From Nostoc sp. DedSLP01 (GTDB lineage: Bacteria; Cyanobacteriota; Cyanobacteriia; Cyanobacteriales; Nostocaceae): 64,000 nt of DNA. Positions 18,864 through 29,974 of this stretch are shown here, one piece after another. The stretch is from contig JAVRCJ020000009.1 of NCBI GenBank assembly GCA_034530875.2, positions 96,001 through 160,000 of the forward strand, read 5' to 3'. A program made the translations under genes and the position numbers. The notes under the pieces are model-generated. The model was not told the origin of the DNA and did no database searches. It saw nothing but the letters and a program-made list of their open reading frames with translations. Position 1 is the stretch's first letter. Every line of letters begins with the position of its first letter.

Positions 18864-20672
18864 TTATCTCAAGCCGCTTTGTACGCGCCAAAGGCTGGAA
18901 TAAATGCCATTTTGCTCTAGCAATTCTTCATGGGTTCCTGATTCTACTAATTTCCCATGTTCCATGACATAAATGCAATCGGCATTGCGAATGGTGGAAA
19001 GACGATGAGCGATCGCTATTGTAGTTCTATCTACTGTAATCCGTTCTAGCGATCGCTGAATAGCGGCTTCTGTTTCGTTATCTACCGCTGAGGTTGCCTC
19101 ATCTAAAATCAAGATGGGTGGATTCTTCAATACTGCACGAGCGATCGCAATTCTTTGTCTTTGTCCGCCAGATAACTTTTGTCCTCTTTCCCCCACAATT
19201 GTCTCATAACCTTCGGGCAAGTTAACAATAAATTCGTGCGCCTCGGCTATCTTTGCCGCCGTAATAATTTCTTGCTCGTTGGCATCAAAGCTACCATAAG
19301 CAATATTCTCCGCTACAGTGCCATGAAATAGAAACACATCTTGACTCACCAAACCAATGCAACGGCGTAAATCTTTCAAATTCAAACTTTGCAAATCAAT
19401 CCCATCTACAGTAATGCTTCCGGCTTGTACTTCGTATAACCGCAGTAAAAGTTTGACTAAAGTGCTTTTCCCAGAACCTGTAGAACCGACAATGGCAATA
19501 GTTTTTCCGGCTGGAACATCTAAAGACAGATTTTTAATTACTGGAAATCTATCTTTATAGGCAAAATAAACATTTTTAAATTGCACTTCACCGCGTACTT
19601 TATCGATAGGTAACGGTGTATTTCCTGTATGAATATTGATAGGAGTATCTAACAAATTCATCACTCGATTAGTAGAAGCCATTGCCCGTTGATATTGGTC
19701 AAAAGTTTCGCCTAATCTGGTTAAAGGCCACAACAAACGCTGAATTAAAAACACCAATACGCTGTAAGTGCCGACAGACATTTGTCCAGAAACCGCTGCC
19801 ATACCGCCATATAATAATAAGGCCGTAAAACCTACCAAAATCAACATCCGAATTAACGGTACAAAAGCCGCAGAAAGAGCAATTGCTTTGCCATTACTGC
19901 GACGATAAGCTTCACTATCAATTTCCAAACGATAAGCTTCATAAACTTCAGCAGTGAAACTTTTAATAGTAGTAATACCGCTGATATTATTTGCCAAACG
20001 CGAGTTGAGGAAACCTACCTTTTCCCGCACATCAGCATAACGGGGTGCAAGCAGACGTTGATAAGCAAACGAACCCCAGAGAATAAATGGCATCGGGGAG
20101 AGAGCCATCCACGCTACACTAGGAGCCAATATAAAGAAAGCACCGCCAATAATGACCACAGTTGTAGCGACTTGGATAATATCATTAGCTCCCACGTCCA
20201 AAAATCGCTCTAATTGGTTAATATCGTCGCTCAGGACGGACATTAAACCGCCAGTGCTGCGTTCTTCAAAATAAGCTAATTCTAGCTCTTGCAGATGTTT
20301 ATATGCATCCAAACGTAAGTTATGCTGAATATTCTGTGCCAAATTACGCCAAAGTCGAGCGTAGGCATACTCAAAAACAGATTCTAGAATCCAAATGATG
20401 ACAGTGAGGAAAGAAATAATCAAAAATTGTCCAAAGACATCGCGTACCCCTAACTGTGCAATTATGGAATCCTGCTGTTTCACTACCACATCTACTGCCA
20501 CACCAATTAACCCAGGTGGTGCCAAGTCAAAAAATTTGTTGAGGATAGAATAAGTAGTCGCTAGCCAAATTTGTTTACGATACTGATGTCCATAGTCAAA
20601 CAAACGCTGGAGAGGATGCGTTGAATGCTTACGCCTTCTTGATTCCCGATGAGATTTTAATACAGTAGCCAC
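18864..20672 (-). CDS. ABC exporter, fused permease/ATPase
   Basis: TM domain plus [26 protein letters not shown] at 20672 is the likely start; the ORF-track extension runs through STRR repeats. Confidence 0.92.
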   Translation of the reverse strand: MATVLKSHRESRRRKHSTHPLQRLFDYGHQYRKQIWLATTYSILNKFFDLAPPGLIGVAVDVVVKQQDSIIAQLGVRDVFGQFLIISFLTVIIWILESVFEYAYARLWRNLAQNIQHNLRLDAYKHLQELELAYFEERSTGGLMSVLSDDINQLERFLDVGANDIIQVATTVVIIGGAFFILAPSVAWMALSPMPFILWGSFAYQRLLAPRYADVREKVGFLNSRLANNISGITTIKSFTAEVYEAYRLEIDSEAYRRSNGKAIALSAAFVPLIRMLILVGFTALLLYGGMAAVSGQMSVGTYSVLVFLIQRLLWPLTRLGETFDQYQRAMASTNRVMNLLDTPINIHTGNTPLPIDKVRGEVQFKNVYFAYKDRFPVIKNLSLDVPAGKTIAIVGSTGSGKSTLVKLLLRLYEVQAGSITVDGIDLQSLNLKDLRRCIGLVSQDVFLFHGTVAENIAYGSFDANEQEIITAAKIAEAHEFIVNLPEGYETIVGERGQKLSGGQRQRIAIARAVLKNPPILILDEATSAVDNETEAAIQRSLERITVDRTTIAIAHRLSTIRNADCIYVMEHGKLVESGTHEELLEQNGIYSSLWRVQSGLR

Positions 20673-20878
20673 GGCTTTTTGCAGTTGCGTGCAATTGATA
20701 TTACCACGGAATAGGGAATTGGGCATGGGGCATGGGGAAAGGGGAAAGGGAAAAAGAAAGATTCCTCCTTTCCCTAAGGTGAAGCCATCTTCCCAGACTC
20801 CCCACATCCCTACTTCCTATTCCGTACAGACAAGAGTTAATCGCGTCTCCCACTCATTACTCACACGGAGAAAATAAA

Positions 20879-21727
20879 TTGAAAAATCAGCAATTTGGCA
20901 ATTGGCAAACTACACTTTTGGGTATCGTGTTAGCAATAATAGCGATTATTGGGCTAAATTCCTTTATTATTATTAACCCAGGACAAGCAGGAGTGATTAG
21001 CATTTTAGGTAAAGCTAGAGATGGGGCTTTATTGGAAGGTATTCACCTCAAACCACCTTTTATTTCGGTAATAGATGTGTACGATTTGACAGTGCAAAAA
21101 TTTGAAGTGCCTGCGGAAAGTTCTACAAAGGATTTGCAAAATTTATCTGCAAGATTTGCAATTAACTTTCGTCTCGATGCGATACAGGTAGTTGAGGTAA
21201 GAAGAAAACAAGGAACATTAGAAAATATTGTCTCGAAAATTATTGCACCCCAAACACAAGAAGCATTTAAAATTGCCGCAGCTAGAAGAACAGTAGAAGA
21301 GGCAATTACCAAAAGAAGTGAATTGAAAGAAGACTTTGATAATGCATTAGGCGATCGCTTAGACAAATATGGAATTATTGTCTTAGATACTAGCGTAGTT
21401 GATTTGACATTTTCACCAGAATTTGCCAAAGCGGTTGAAGAAAAACAAATTGCCGAACAACGCGCCCAAAGAGCAGTTTATATAGCGCGGGAAGCAGAAC
21501 AAGAAGCACAAGCAGAAGTTAATCGCGCCAAAGGTAAAGCAGAAGCTCAAAGACTTTTAGCAGAGACACTCAAAGCCCAAGGTGGGCAATTAGTTCTGCA
21601 AAAAGAAGCAATTGAAGCATGGAAAACTGGCGGCGCTCAAATGCCAAACGTCCTCGTTATGGGCAGCGATTCAAAAAGTAGCGTACCCTTCATTTTCAAC
21701 CTAGGAAACGTTCCCAATCAACCTTAA
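20879..21727 (+). CDS. Prohibitin/SPFH (band 7) family protein
   Basis: N-terminal TM, EGIHLKPPF, STKDLQ, AVEEKQIAEQRAQRA coiled coil. Confidence 0.92.
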   Translation: MKNQQFGNWQTTLLGIVLAIIAIIGLNSFIIINPGQAGVISILGKARDGALLEGIHLKPPFISVIDVYDLTVQKFEVPAESSTKDLQNLSARFAINFRLDAIQVVEVRRKQGTLENIVSKIIAPQTQEAFKIAAARRTVEEAITKRSELKEDFDNALGDRLDKYGIIVLDTSVVDLTFSPEFAKAVEEKQIAEQRAQRAVYIAREAEQEAQAEVNRAKGKAEAQRLLAETLKAQGGQLVLQKEAIEAWKTGGAQMPNVLVMGSDSKSSVPFIFNLGNVPNQP

Positions 21728-21910
21728 AAGAGAGAAAAAATTAGATAATATACAGCAAACTTATAAAATTTGCTCTGGCGTTAGACAAATTTTACAACAC
21801 ATGGAAGATTCCCAATTCAAGATTTAAAATCTAAAATCCAAAATGTATGAGTTGGGCTAGTCCCACTTCAAAAACCCAAGAAAAGCTAATTAGGATAATA
21901 AACAAACTTT

Positions 21911-22324
21911 ATGCCAAACCCTAACAATCATCTCACTCCCGAAGAAGCAAAAAAAATTCTCAATAAATTCAACTGTCTAGATATTGCGCCTGTCCTGAAG
22001 CCAGCAGAAAAAACTACAATTCGTAATGCCTTAATTTTGATGGCTAGCCTTGCCGACTATGAAATTTTAGGAATTTGTGCAGATACAGCAGAAGAAGGAA
22101 TACTTGCCATGAAAACCTATTCTCAGGCATTTGGTTACGAACCACCAAGTAATTTACCCACACCAGAAGGGCCAGTTTATATCAAATTAAATGGCAAAAA
22201 TGGCTTGTGTTATCTCGATTCATATCCCGGACATCACCGTGGCGTCTTAGTCTCATGCCAATCTTTCAACGAAGATGGAATCAACGAAATGTATGGACAT
22301 CTACCCTTGGACTTATTCGTTTAA
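21911..22324 (+). CDS. Conserved cyanobacterial protein (DUF1824-like)
   Basis: ILGICADT...GPVYIKLN...YPGHHRGVLVSCQ...YGHLPLDLF. Confidence 0.75.
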   Translation: MPNPNNHLTPEEAKKILNKFNCLDIAPVLKPAEKTTIRNALILMASLADYEILGICADTAEEGILAMKTYSQAFGYEPPSNLPTPEGPVYIKLNGKNGLCYLDSYPGHHRGVLVSCQSFNEDGINEMYGHLPLDLFV

Positions 22325-22470
22325 AATTCATCAATAACTAAGCAGCGAACAGCCTTCAAATTCACTTTCCATCTAAGTTTTGCCATTAACTTACATCCTT
22401 CCTCCTCCCTCTCTTCCTCTGCGCCTCTGCGCCTTTGCGTGCAAATAAAAACCCCTATATTCTAAATCCT

Positions 22471-24399
22471 ATGAGCCTCATCACCCTCCAATCAGTCAAA
22501 AAAGACTTTGGTATAAAAGAAATTTTAAAAGATGCCAGCTTTAGCCTAGACCCCACCGATAAAGTCGGCTTAATTGGTACTAACGGTTCAGGCAAATCAA
22601 CCCTACTAAAAATGATTGCCGGCTTAGAACCCATCGACAGCGGTCAAATTTTAACCAACTCCGGTTCTAAAATCATCTACTTACCTCAACAACCAGATTT
22701 AGATGAAAACCGCACAGTTTTAGAGCAAATTTTTGCCGATAGCGGCGAACACATGACTTTAGTGCGTGAGTATGAAGAACTTTCTGATAAATTAGCTCAC
22801 TATCCAGATGATACTCAACTGATGTCTCGCCTTTCTGCGGTGATGCAACGAATGGATATGAGTAATGCTTGGGAACTAGAAACCAACGCGAAAATCATCC
22901 TCACCAAATTAGGAATTTCTAACTTTGATGCGAAAATCGGTACTTTATCGGGAGGCTATCGCAAACGCATTGCACTAGCAACAGCCTTGCTAGCACAACC
23001 AGATGTTTTGCTCATGGATGAGCCAACAAACCACCTCGATGCTCTTTCTGTAGAATGGTTACAAAGTTATTTAAATCGCTATCGCGGCGCACTGTTTCTC
23101 ATCACCCACGATCGCTATTTTTTAGATCGCGTCACCAATCGTATCATTGAAATAGATAGAGGCGACATTTACACTTATTCAGGTAACTATTCATACTACC
23201 TCGAAAAGAAAGCTTTAGCTGAAGAATCTGCTCTTAGCACTCAACGCAAGCATCAAGGCATATTGCGGCGCGAGTTGGAATGGCTCAAAAAAGGGCCGAA
23301 AGCCAGAAGTACCAAACAAAAAGCCAGAATTGACCGCGCTCACGCTTTGCGAGATACTGAGTTTAAACAAGTTCAGGGTAAAGTTGATATCTCTACAGTT
23401 GGTCGTCGCATTGGTAAGAAAGTTATCGAATTAAATAACATTTCCAAAGCTTATAACGGACGCAGCCTGATTAAAGATTTTACCTACGAATTTAGTCCAG
23501 AAGACCGCATTGGCATCATTGGGGCTAACGGTGCGGGGAAATCCACTTTAATGGATATTATTACAGGGCGAATTCAGCCTGATTCTGGGAGTGCAGAAAT
23601 TGGGACTACAATTCACATCGGTTATTTTGACCAGCATTCTGAAGAATTGCTGACAGCTTTGAATGAAAATCAGCGGGTAATTGATTACATCAAAGAAGAA
23701 GGAGAATTTGTCAAAATTACCGATGGAACTCAAATTACTGCTTCTCAAATGTTGGAGCGATTTTTGTTTCCTGGAAATCAACAATATGCCCCAATTCATA
23801 AACTTTCTGGCGGCGAAAAACGCCGTTTATTTCTGTTGCGCGTTCTCATGAGTGCGCCCAATGTTTTGATTTTAGACGAACCGACAAATGATTTAGATGT
23901 CCAGACATTGGCAGTATTAGAAGAATATTTAGAAGATTTTGTCGGGTGTGTAATTGTAGTTTCTCACGATCGCTACTTTCTCGACCGCACCATCGACACA
24001 ATTTTTTCCTTTGAAGAAGGTGGGAACCTGCGACAATATCCAGGTAATTACTCAGTTTATCTAGACTACAAGAAAGCTGAAGAAGTAGCACAACAACAAG
24101 CTGCTGCTACTAAAGAAAAGCCCAAAAATGTCGAATCCCAAAATGGTGCTTCACCGAAGAATGCCGAAACTCAAAAGCGGCGGAGATTATCGAATTGGGA
24201 GAAAAAAGAATTTGACCAGTTAGAAGGTAAAATTGCCCAGTTAGAAGCTGATAAGGCACAAGCTGAGAAAACACTCGCAAATGTGCCTCCAGGAAATTAT
24301 ACTCAAGTGCAGAAATTGTATGAAGAAGTGGAATCTTTAAAACAGGCGATCGATCTGGCGACTGAAAGGTGGTTAGAATTGGCAGAGATGGAATCTTAG
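22471..24399 (+). CDS. ABC-F family ATPase (Uup-like)
   Basis: Two ABC cassettes (GTNGSGKS / GANGAGKS; LSGG; DEPTN), no TM segments, C-terminal coiled coil. Confidence 0.92.
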   Translation: MSLITLQSVKKDFGIKEILKDASFSLDPTDKVGLIGTNGSGKSTLLKMIAGLEPIDSGQILTNSGSKIIYLPQQPDLDENRTVLEQIFADSGEHMTLVREYEELSDKLAHYPDDTQLMSRLSAVMQRMDMSNAWELETNAKIILTKLGISNFDAKIGTLSGGYRKRIALATALLAQPDVLLMDEPTNHLDALSVEWLQSYLNRYRGALFLITHDRYFLDRVTNRIIEIDRGDIYTYSGNYSYYLEKKALAEESALSTQRKHQGILRRELEWLKKGPKARSTKQKARIDRAHALRDTEFKQVQGKVDISTVGRRIGKKVIELNNISKAYNGRSLIKDFTYEFSPEDRIGIIGANGAGKSTLMDIITGRIQPDSGSAEIGTTIHIGYFDQHSEELLTALNENQRVIDYIKEEGEFVKITDGTQITASQMLERFLFPGNQQYAPIHKLSGGEKRRLFLLRVLMSAPNVLILDEPTNDLDVQTLAVLEEYLEDFVGCVIVVSHDRYFLDRTIDTIFSFEEGGNLRQYPGNYSVYLDYKKAEEVAQQQAAATKEKPKNVESQNGASPKNAETQKRRRLSNWEKKEFDQLEGKIAQLEADKAQAEKTLANVPPGNYTQVQKLYEEVESLKQAIDLATERWLELAEMES

Positions 24400-24426
24400 A
24401 GAACGTTTGAAACTATTGGGCGAATT

Positions 24427-24550
24427 CCAATACTATTCGGTTAAGCATTTTGAACTCAGAATTTGGTTTGGGGAAAAGGTTAAAGGGGAAGGGTTAAAGG
24501 TTTTTTTCCCTTTTTCCCTTCCCCTTTTCCCTTTAACCGACAAGTATTGG
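24427..24550. mobile_element. MITE-like element
   Basis: Terminal inverted repeats CCAATACTATTCGGTTAA / TTAACCGACAAGTATTGG (16/18), internal purine/pyrimidine hairpin, roughly flanked by the direct repeat GGGCGAAT. Confidence 0.55.
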
Positions 24551-24630
24551 GGCGAATAGAATTCGCCCGGTGCTGTTTGTTCTGAGTTTTTTCACCCAAT
24601 CAAAAACTTTTTATACGACCCAATTATATG

Positions 24631-24662
24631 GTAAGAGCGCACAGCTAGCTATGCGCCCTTAC
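24631..24662. repeat. REP-like palindrome (copy 2)
   Basis: GTAAGAGCGCACAGCTAGCTATGCGCCCTTAC; same loop as copy 1, with altered but still pairing stem. Confidence 0.75.
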
Positions 24663-24689
24663 TATAAATAGAAATTAGTTCTTTTTCGC

Positions 24690-25916
24690 TTAAGAAGCGT
24701 TTTGCAATTCACCTGTGCGTACTGAAATTTGTTGTGTCTGGTTACCCCGTTGCACTTTCACCTGTAATACTTGACCAAGGCGACTATCTTCCACAAGGTT
24801 CTGCAATTGTTCGGCGCTGGTAATTGGTTTACCATCAACTTGAACAATTATATCCCCGCGGCGGATACCCGCAGATGCAGCTGGAGAATTGGGAACAACT
24901 TGCATAACGAAAACACCGTTAATCTCTGGTATCTGAATCGGAGAGTTGGGATCGTTGTTATTTTGCTTGGCAAGTTCGGGTGTCAAGGTTACCATTTGCA
25001 CGCCTAAATAGGGGTGAGCAACTTTACCATCCCGTTGTAGTGCAGATGCGATCGCTTTAGCTTTATCGATGGGAATAGCAAAGCCGATACCCATTGCATC
25101 TGGGCGAATGGCTGTGTTGATACCAATTACTTCACCATTTCCATTTAACAGCGGGCCGCCAGAATTACCAGGGTTAATAGCGGCGTCTGTTTGAATGAAG
25201 TCTAAACGCTTGTCGCTAATCCCGACTTGGGCGCTAGAACGTTTGAGGGTACTAACAATTCCCAAGGTAACGGTATTATCAAATCCCAAAGGATTGCCAA
25301 CAGCGATCGCCCAGTCTCCCACCTGTACGTTACTCGAAGAACCCAAAGGTGCTACTGGTAAATCATTACCAGCGTCAATCTTGACTACTGCTAAATCTGT
25401 AACCTCATCAATCCCTTGGACTTTACCTTCAAAGGTGCGGCCATCTTTGAGCCGGACTGTTACCCGATCGGCTTTATCGACGACATGAGCGTTAGTCATA
25501 ATTAACCCACTCTTGTCAATAATAAAACCCGAACCCAAACCGCGCAATTGCTCTTCGGAAGGTATCTGTTGGGGGAAACCGTCGCCAAAAAAACGGCGGA
25601 AAAAGGGGTCTTGTAAAAATGGATCGATCCGACGAGTAATAGTACGCTCAGTATCAATCCGCACAACTGCCGGGCCGACACGATTCACTGCTGCTGTGAC
25701 AAAGCTAGCATTACCAATAGCAGAAGTTGCTGGTGATTGTCGTTGGGCAATGATTTCTGGAGTATTTACAGGAGATGCTGCAATGGTCGCAGCTTCCGCT
25801 TGCAAAGGTAACACCTGTAAAGTGCCGATTGTGAGTACAACTCCTAGCGCGATCGCAAATACATGAGTGCTGAGTTGACGCATAGACCTGGGTAATTTGA
25901 GAAATCGCATAATCAC
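24690..25916 (-). CDS. hhoA: HtrA/HhoA-family serine protease with PDZ domain
   Basis: TNAHVV, DLAVVK, GNSGGPL and a C-terminal PDZ domain. Confidence 0.88.
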   Translation of the reverse strand: MIMRFLKLPRSMRQLSTHVFAIALGVVLTIGTLQVLPLQAEAATIAASPVNTPEIIAQRQSPATSAIGNASFVTAAVNRVGPAVVRIDTERTITRRIDPFLQDPFFRRFFGDGFPQQIPSEEQLRGLGSGFIIDKSGLIMTNAHVVDKADRVTVRLKDGRTFEGKVQGIDEVTDLAVVKIDAGNDLPVAPLGSSSNVQVGDWAIAVGNPLGFDNTVTLGIVSTLKRSSAQVGISDKRLDFIQTDAAINPGNSGGPLLNGNGEVIGINTAIRPDAMGIGFAIPIDKAKAIASALQRDGKVAHPYLGVQMVTLTPELAKQNNNDPNSPIQIPEINGVFVMQVVPNSPAASAGIRRGDIIVQVDGKPITSAEQLQNLVEDSRLGQVLQVKVQRGNQTQQISVRTGELQNAS

Positions 25917-26200
25917 AACCTGATTTAAAAATCTAATTGTTACTTAGTCGTGACAAATGAATTTACAATTTTTTTTACAAATTTGAAGTTGGCTTTTTGC
26001 TTGTGGTTTTGCTTGGTCTAGCTCTATTAGAACTTAGAGTATTTTGCAAGCTACCTTTAATCAAAGTAATGTAAAATTTACTCTAAAAGCTATTATGGAG
26101 ATTTGCACTTTACAAGTTCGGTTTTTACCCAGATAAGACAATTTTAAATTCAGAATTCAGGAGTCAAGAATTTAGGAATCTGCTGTCAACTACAAATAAA

Positions 26201-27526
26201 CTAACTGGGAAATAAAATTTCATTGCGATTGGCTGTGCCCAGTTGCGGTAAAGAGTTGATAGCTGAGTGGGGAGTGATGGCACTAGGAACGGTTGTAGGT
26301 ACTTGTAATTGTTGGACAAGACGTTGCAAAAGTTGGTCTTGCCCGGTACGCAAACCCCAGACATTTGTACCACGGTTGACGATCGCAAACCAAACTAAAC
26401 CGCGATCGCGGGTGGGCATAACTCCAGCTAAAGCGCTGACATCGCGCAGAGTGCCTGTTTTAATTACAGTAGCAGAGGGGATGTGTCTGGCGTGGACTGT
26501 TCCTCTATGGTCGAATCCAGACATGGGGAACAAGTCAGCTAGATTTAACTGATAGGCGTTTGCTTGCCCTTGAATGGCCATGAGCATAGCACAAACAGCT
26601 CTGGGGGAAATGCGATTTTCTGGCCCCAGTCCGGAACCATTGATTAACTGAATTTCTGATTGCGGCACCCTAGCAAGATAAGCAGCAGTTGATTGTACTA
26701 CAGAAGCTCCTCCCACTGAGTCTGCCAGCATCTCTGCCATTTCATTGTTACTATAAACGTTCATTTCCTTGATTAGTTGCTTTAGGGGTAACGAACGATG
26801 ACGCAGTAACAAAGTTTGTTGGGGATTTGGTTGTGCTTCAAATTTCACAGCACCCGCAATTACAACTTTCGGCTTGGGCGTTCCCTTGGGCATGATTGAG
26901 TATATGTAATTAGCGGGGCGACCCCAAGTAGCAGAATTTAGTGTTTGCTTCAGTGCTAGACCTGCTAACATCGGCTGACGTTGGAAATTCATGGCGAAAT
27001 TGCCACTAATTACCAAATTTCCTTTTACTTGTTTGATACCCATTTTATTGAGAGTATTACCAAGGGCGATCGCTTCTTCCCAAACAAACATCGGATCGCC
27101 GCCACCAGTAATCACCAAATCGCCTTGCACAACACCATTTACCATCGGCCCGGTGACACTGACTAAAGTATCAAATTGGTGGTCTGGCCCCCAAGTTTTT
27201 AAAGCAACTAATGAAGTTGCAATTTTAGTTAAAGAGGCAGCTGGTAGAGGTGTTGTGCCTTGGTGACTTGCCATTAATATCGGCCCTGACTGCATCCAAA
27301 TTCCTTGACTCTCAGCCAGATTTTGCCCTACTACCTTTGTTGTGACTAACTCCTTGAGATATGCCTGCACCGTAGTCGCCCCGGTTGGATTGGGATCTGG
27401 TGCAAGCACCAAGCCAGGGCTACTTTGCCAAGCCAATGCATCTATAGCAGCATCCAGAGGCTTGATATGTACTCCAGCCATTTCCAGCCAAAGCGATACC
27501 AAACCTGAACCTAGTATTTCTAGCAT
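26201..27526 (-). CDS. dacB: D-Ala-D-Ala carboxypeptidase (PBP4, peptidase S13)
   Basis: ASLTK (SxxK), SNN (SxN), KTG, NGSGL. Confidence 0.88.
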   Translation of the reverse strand: MLEILGSGLVSLWLEMAGVHIKPLDAAIDALAWQSSPGLVLAPDPNPTGATTVQAYLKELVTTKVVGQNLAESQGIWMQSGPILMASHQGTTPLPAASLTKIATSLVALKTWGPDHQFDTLVSVTGPMVNGVVQGDLVITGGGDPMFVWEEAIALGNTLNKMGIKQVKGNLVISGNFAMNFQRQPMLAGLALKQTLNSATWGRPANYIYSIMPKGTPKPKVVIAGAVKFEAQPNPQQTLLLRHRSLPLKQLIKEMNVYSNNEMAEMLADSVGGASVVQSTAAYLARVPQSEIQLINGSGLGPENRISPRAVCAMLMAIQGQANAYQLNLADLFPMSGFDHRGTVHARHIPSATVIKTGTLRDVSALAGVMPTRDRGLVWFAIVNRGTNVWGLRTGQDQLLQRLVQQLQVPTTVPSAITPHSAINSLPQLGTANRNEILFPS

Positions 27527-27839
27527 ATTTATTCCTCTATGTCTGTTTAGAACGTCCTATATTATTTACTGTGCTAATATACAAGTTTTTTTATGCTAAT
27601 CAGCACTGAGCCATAATAACTGGTGTTATTCTCATCTGGAAGTAGGTTAAATTACCTGATTTTCGTAACGGTTTTTACTAATTTAGATGTAGCGGGTGTA
27701 GTTGGTTAACTTGAAATCTGCTGTGTAATTTTTTTCTAAGTGTGAATCGCTATTAACGACAAAAATAACTACAAATTAGAAAGGGGCGATCGCAATTAGC
27801 AAAAGGCGAATTCCCTAATCCCTACTCCCTGGCTAGATT

Positions 27840-28169
27840 ATGACCCAAGCCTTACCCAAATTAATCACCTTCAATGAGTTTATCGAATGGTATCCTAACG
27901 ATGGTAAATGCTATCAATTGCACAAAGGGATAATTGTTGAAATACGGTCTCCAAGTGGAGTGTATGAAAAAGTTATTGCATTTTTGTTACGAAAATTAAC
28001 CGTGGAGTTCGAGCGGTCAGATATGTTAGGACATTTTAAAAGCTTGAATACCAGGAATAGTAATACTTTTACCTCCTGCCATAACACAGCAATTTCATCG
28101 CCTACTTTTCCCCAATTAAATTTAACCGCACAGCAAATTTTTGATGCGGCTAATACCAATTCTGTATGA
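27840..28169 (+). pseudogene. Internally deleted Uma2-family endonuclease
   Basis: Uma2-like N-terminus (LITFNEFIEWYP...LHKGIIVE) joined to the Uma2-like C-terminus (ISSPTFPQLNLTAQQIF); the central PD/EVVS core is absent. Confidence 0.7.
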
Positions 28170-28259
28170 AGATGCACATAATCAAGACCCCCCTGTAGTC
28201 TCCCCTTGGCAAGGGGGGACTACAGGGGGGTAAAATGCAGCTTCACAAAGAAACGGTAT
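28153..28259. mobile_element. MITE-like element
   Basis: Imperfect TIRs ATACCAATTCTGTATGAAGATGCA / TGCAGCTTCACAAAGAAACGGTAT enclosing the strong hairpin ACCCCCCTGTAGTC...GACTACAGGGGGGT. Confidence 0.6.
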
Positions 28260-28509
28260 AACTAATTTATTCCAACCTACGCAAATTTATTTTTACAAGT
28301 CAAAAATATTGAATGCGGGTGGAAAAATCCACCCATAATACCAATTCTCTAAAATTCGGCAACAGATTCAAACCTTGAAACCTAGATAAAATCTGAATTT
28401 CTTAATTGCTCTCTTCTCTACGAGACGCTGCGCGTAGCTTGCTTCTCCGAAGGAGTACGCAGCGGGGGGTAGCCCATTGCCAATTGCCAATTGCGAATTG
28501 TTATAAACT

Positions 28510-29580
28510 CTACTTCCTTTCTGGATGTGCTGCATCTTCTAGTGAAGGAGTACCCATCTTGTTAATTGTGGCAATCATTTGATACAAGCGTCCTAAATCG
28601 CGTTGATTGAAGTAGAAAATCAGTCGCGGTAATTCAACAGTTTCATCTTGCGCTTCTTGGGGTAAAGCTTGACTTTTTTCAATCTTCCCTTGAATAATAA
28701 TGTCGCTGAAATCAGCATTGAGTTGCTCAACTTCGGCATCTGATAAATCTGTTTTCAGACGAATGACTAATCTATCTCCTACATAGCGGCTAGAATGATA
28801 AACCTGGTAAAAACGCGTGATAGCATCGCAAGCCACATCTAAGTTGTCTGTCACAGTGTAAAGACTGGGGTCATCAGGACTGACAAGACCTTTATGAACT
28901 AATTGCTTATCAATATATTCGCTCCAAGAGCGCCAGTAATCACCGCCAGGGTGGTCAATTAAAATTAAAGGTACAGGGCCAAATTTACCAGTTTGGCTTA
29001 ACGTCATACATTCAAAAGCTTCATCTTGGGTGCCAAAGCCCCCAGCAAACAAGGCCACAGCATCACTTTCTTTGAGAAGAAACAGCTTGCGGGTAAAGAA
29101 ATATTTAAAGTTAATGAGCTTGGGATCCCCTTGTATAAAAGGGTTAGCTTCCTGCTCAAACGGTAACTGAATGTTTAGACCAAAAGAATTTTCTCGCCCA
29201 GCACCTTCGTGACCCGCCTGCATGATTCCACCGCCACCGCCGGTCATCACCATAAATCCCAATTTGGTCACACAGCGAGCAAACTCCAGCGCCATTTGGT
29301 AGTCTGGTGTATCTGGTGCGAGGCGAGCAGAACCAAAAATCGTGACTTTGCGAACATGTCGGTAATTATAAAACAGCTGGAAACCTCGCTCCATATCCGT
29401 TAGCGCAGCGGACAAGATTTTCCAATCGAGACGCTCAATTTCGGTATCAGCAAGACGAACAATAGTAGCAAGTGCTTGCTGAATAAATTGCCGATTTTTT
29501 AAGGTTGGTAGACGAACAATCAACTCAGCGATATCCGCCTGTAAAGACTCTAACGTGTCAAACGACGCAGATGAGGTCAT
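28510..29580 (-). CDS. LOG-family (Rossmann-fold) nucleotide-binding protein
   Basis: VTIFGSAR, TGGGGGIM, FFTRK, AGGFGTQDE (PGGxGTxxE variant). Confidence 0.88.
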   Translation of the reverse strand: MTSSASFDTLESLQADIAELIVRLPTLKNRQFIQQALATIVRLADTEIERLDWKILSAALTDMERGFQLFYNYRHVRKVTIFGSARLAPDTPDYQMALEFARCVTKLGFMVMTGGGGGIMQAGHEGAGRENSFGLNIQLPFEQEANPFIQGDPKLINFKYFFTRKLFLLKESDAVALFAGGFGTQDEAFECMTLSQTGKFGPVPLILIDHPGGDYWRSWSEYIDKQLVHKGLVSPDDPSLYTVTDNLDVACDAITRFYQVYHSSRYVGDRLVIRLKTDLSDAEVEQLNADFSDIIIQGKIEKSQALPQEAQDETVELPRLIFYFNQRDLGRLYQMIATINKMGTPSLEDAAHPERK

Positions 29581-29899
29581 GAGAACTGCCGGAACAATGG
29601 CATTATATTTTACGTGAACCACTCATACTCTAGCAAGCGGGATATAGCACTGTGTTGTGCATTTAGGTAGGATTCTCACAACTGGCTTTGAGTTATTTTT
29701 GTCATTACTCAAGCTCAGATGCCCTTATTTTGCCATTGGAGGTAGAAAAATCAAGTTCAGAACTTGGAAGCTGGCCTTGCGAAGTAGAAAGTTTGGCTTA
29801 TCTTTCAACCTCAGATACTCACAAATAAAGTACAAAACTCCAACGATGGAGTTCGGAACTCAAACAATTATCTTCAAATTTATCAATTGAGTAAAATAC

Positions 29900-29947
29900 G
29901 TAAATAGGTAGGGTAGCACAGCTAGTTGTGCTACCCTACCTATTTAC
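29900..29947. repeat. REP-like palindrome (copy 3, extended stem) at the rfbB 3' end
   Basis: GTAAATAGGTAGGGTAGCACAGCTAGTTGTGCTACCCTACCTATTTAC. Confidence 0.8.
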
Positions 29948-29974
29948 CTGATTAAAGGATTGAGATTTGAGAAC

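Noticed and set aside
20673..20877. N-terminal extension of the ABC exporter and overlapping small ORF
   Set aside because: Derived from STRR tracts; GTG at 20672 is the more plausible start.
29657..29890. 77-aa ORF between the LOG gene and rfbB
   Set aside because: No motif or RBS; likely spurious.
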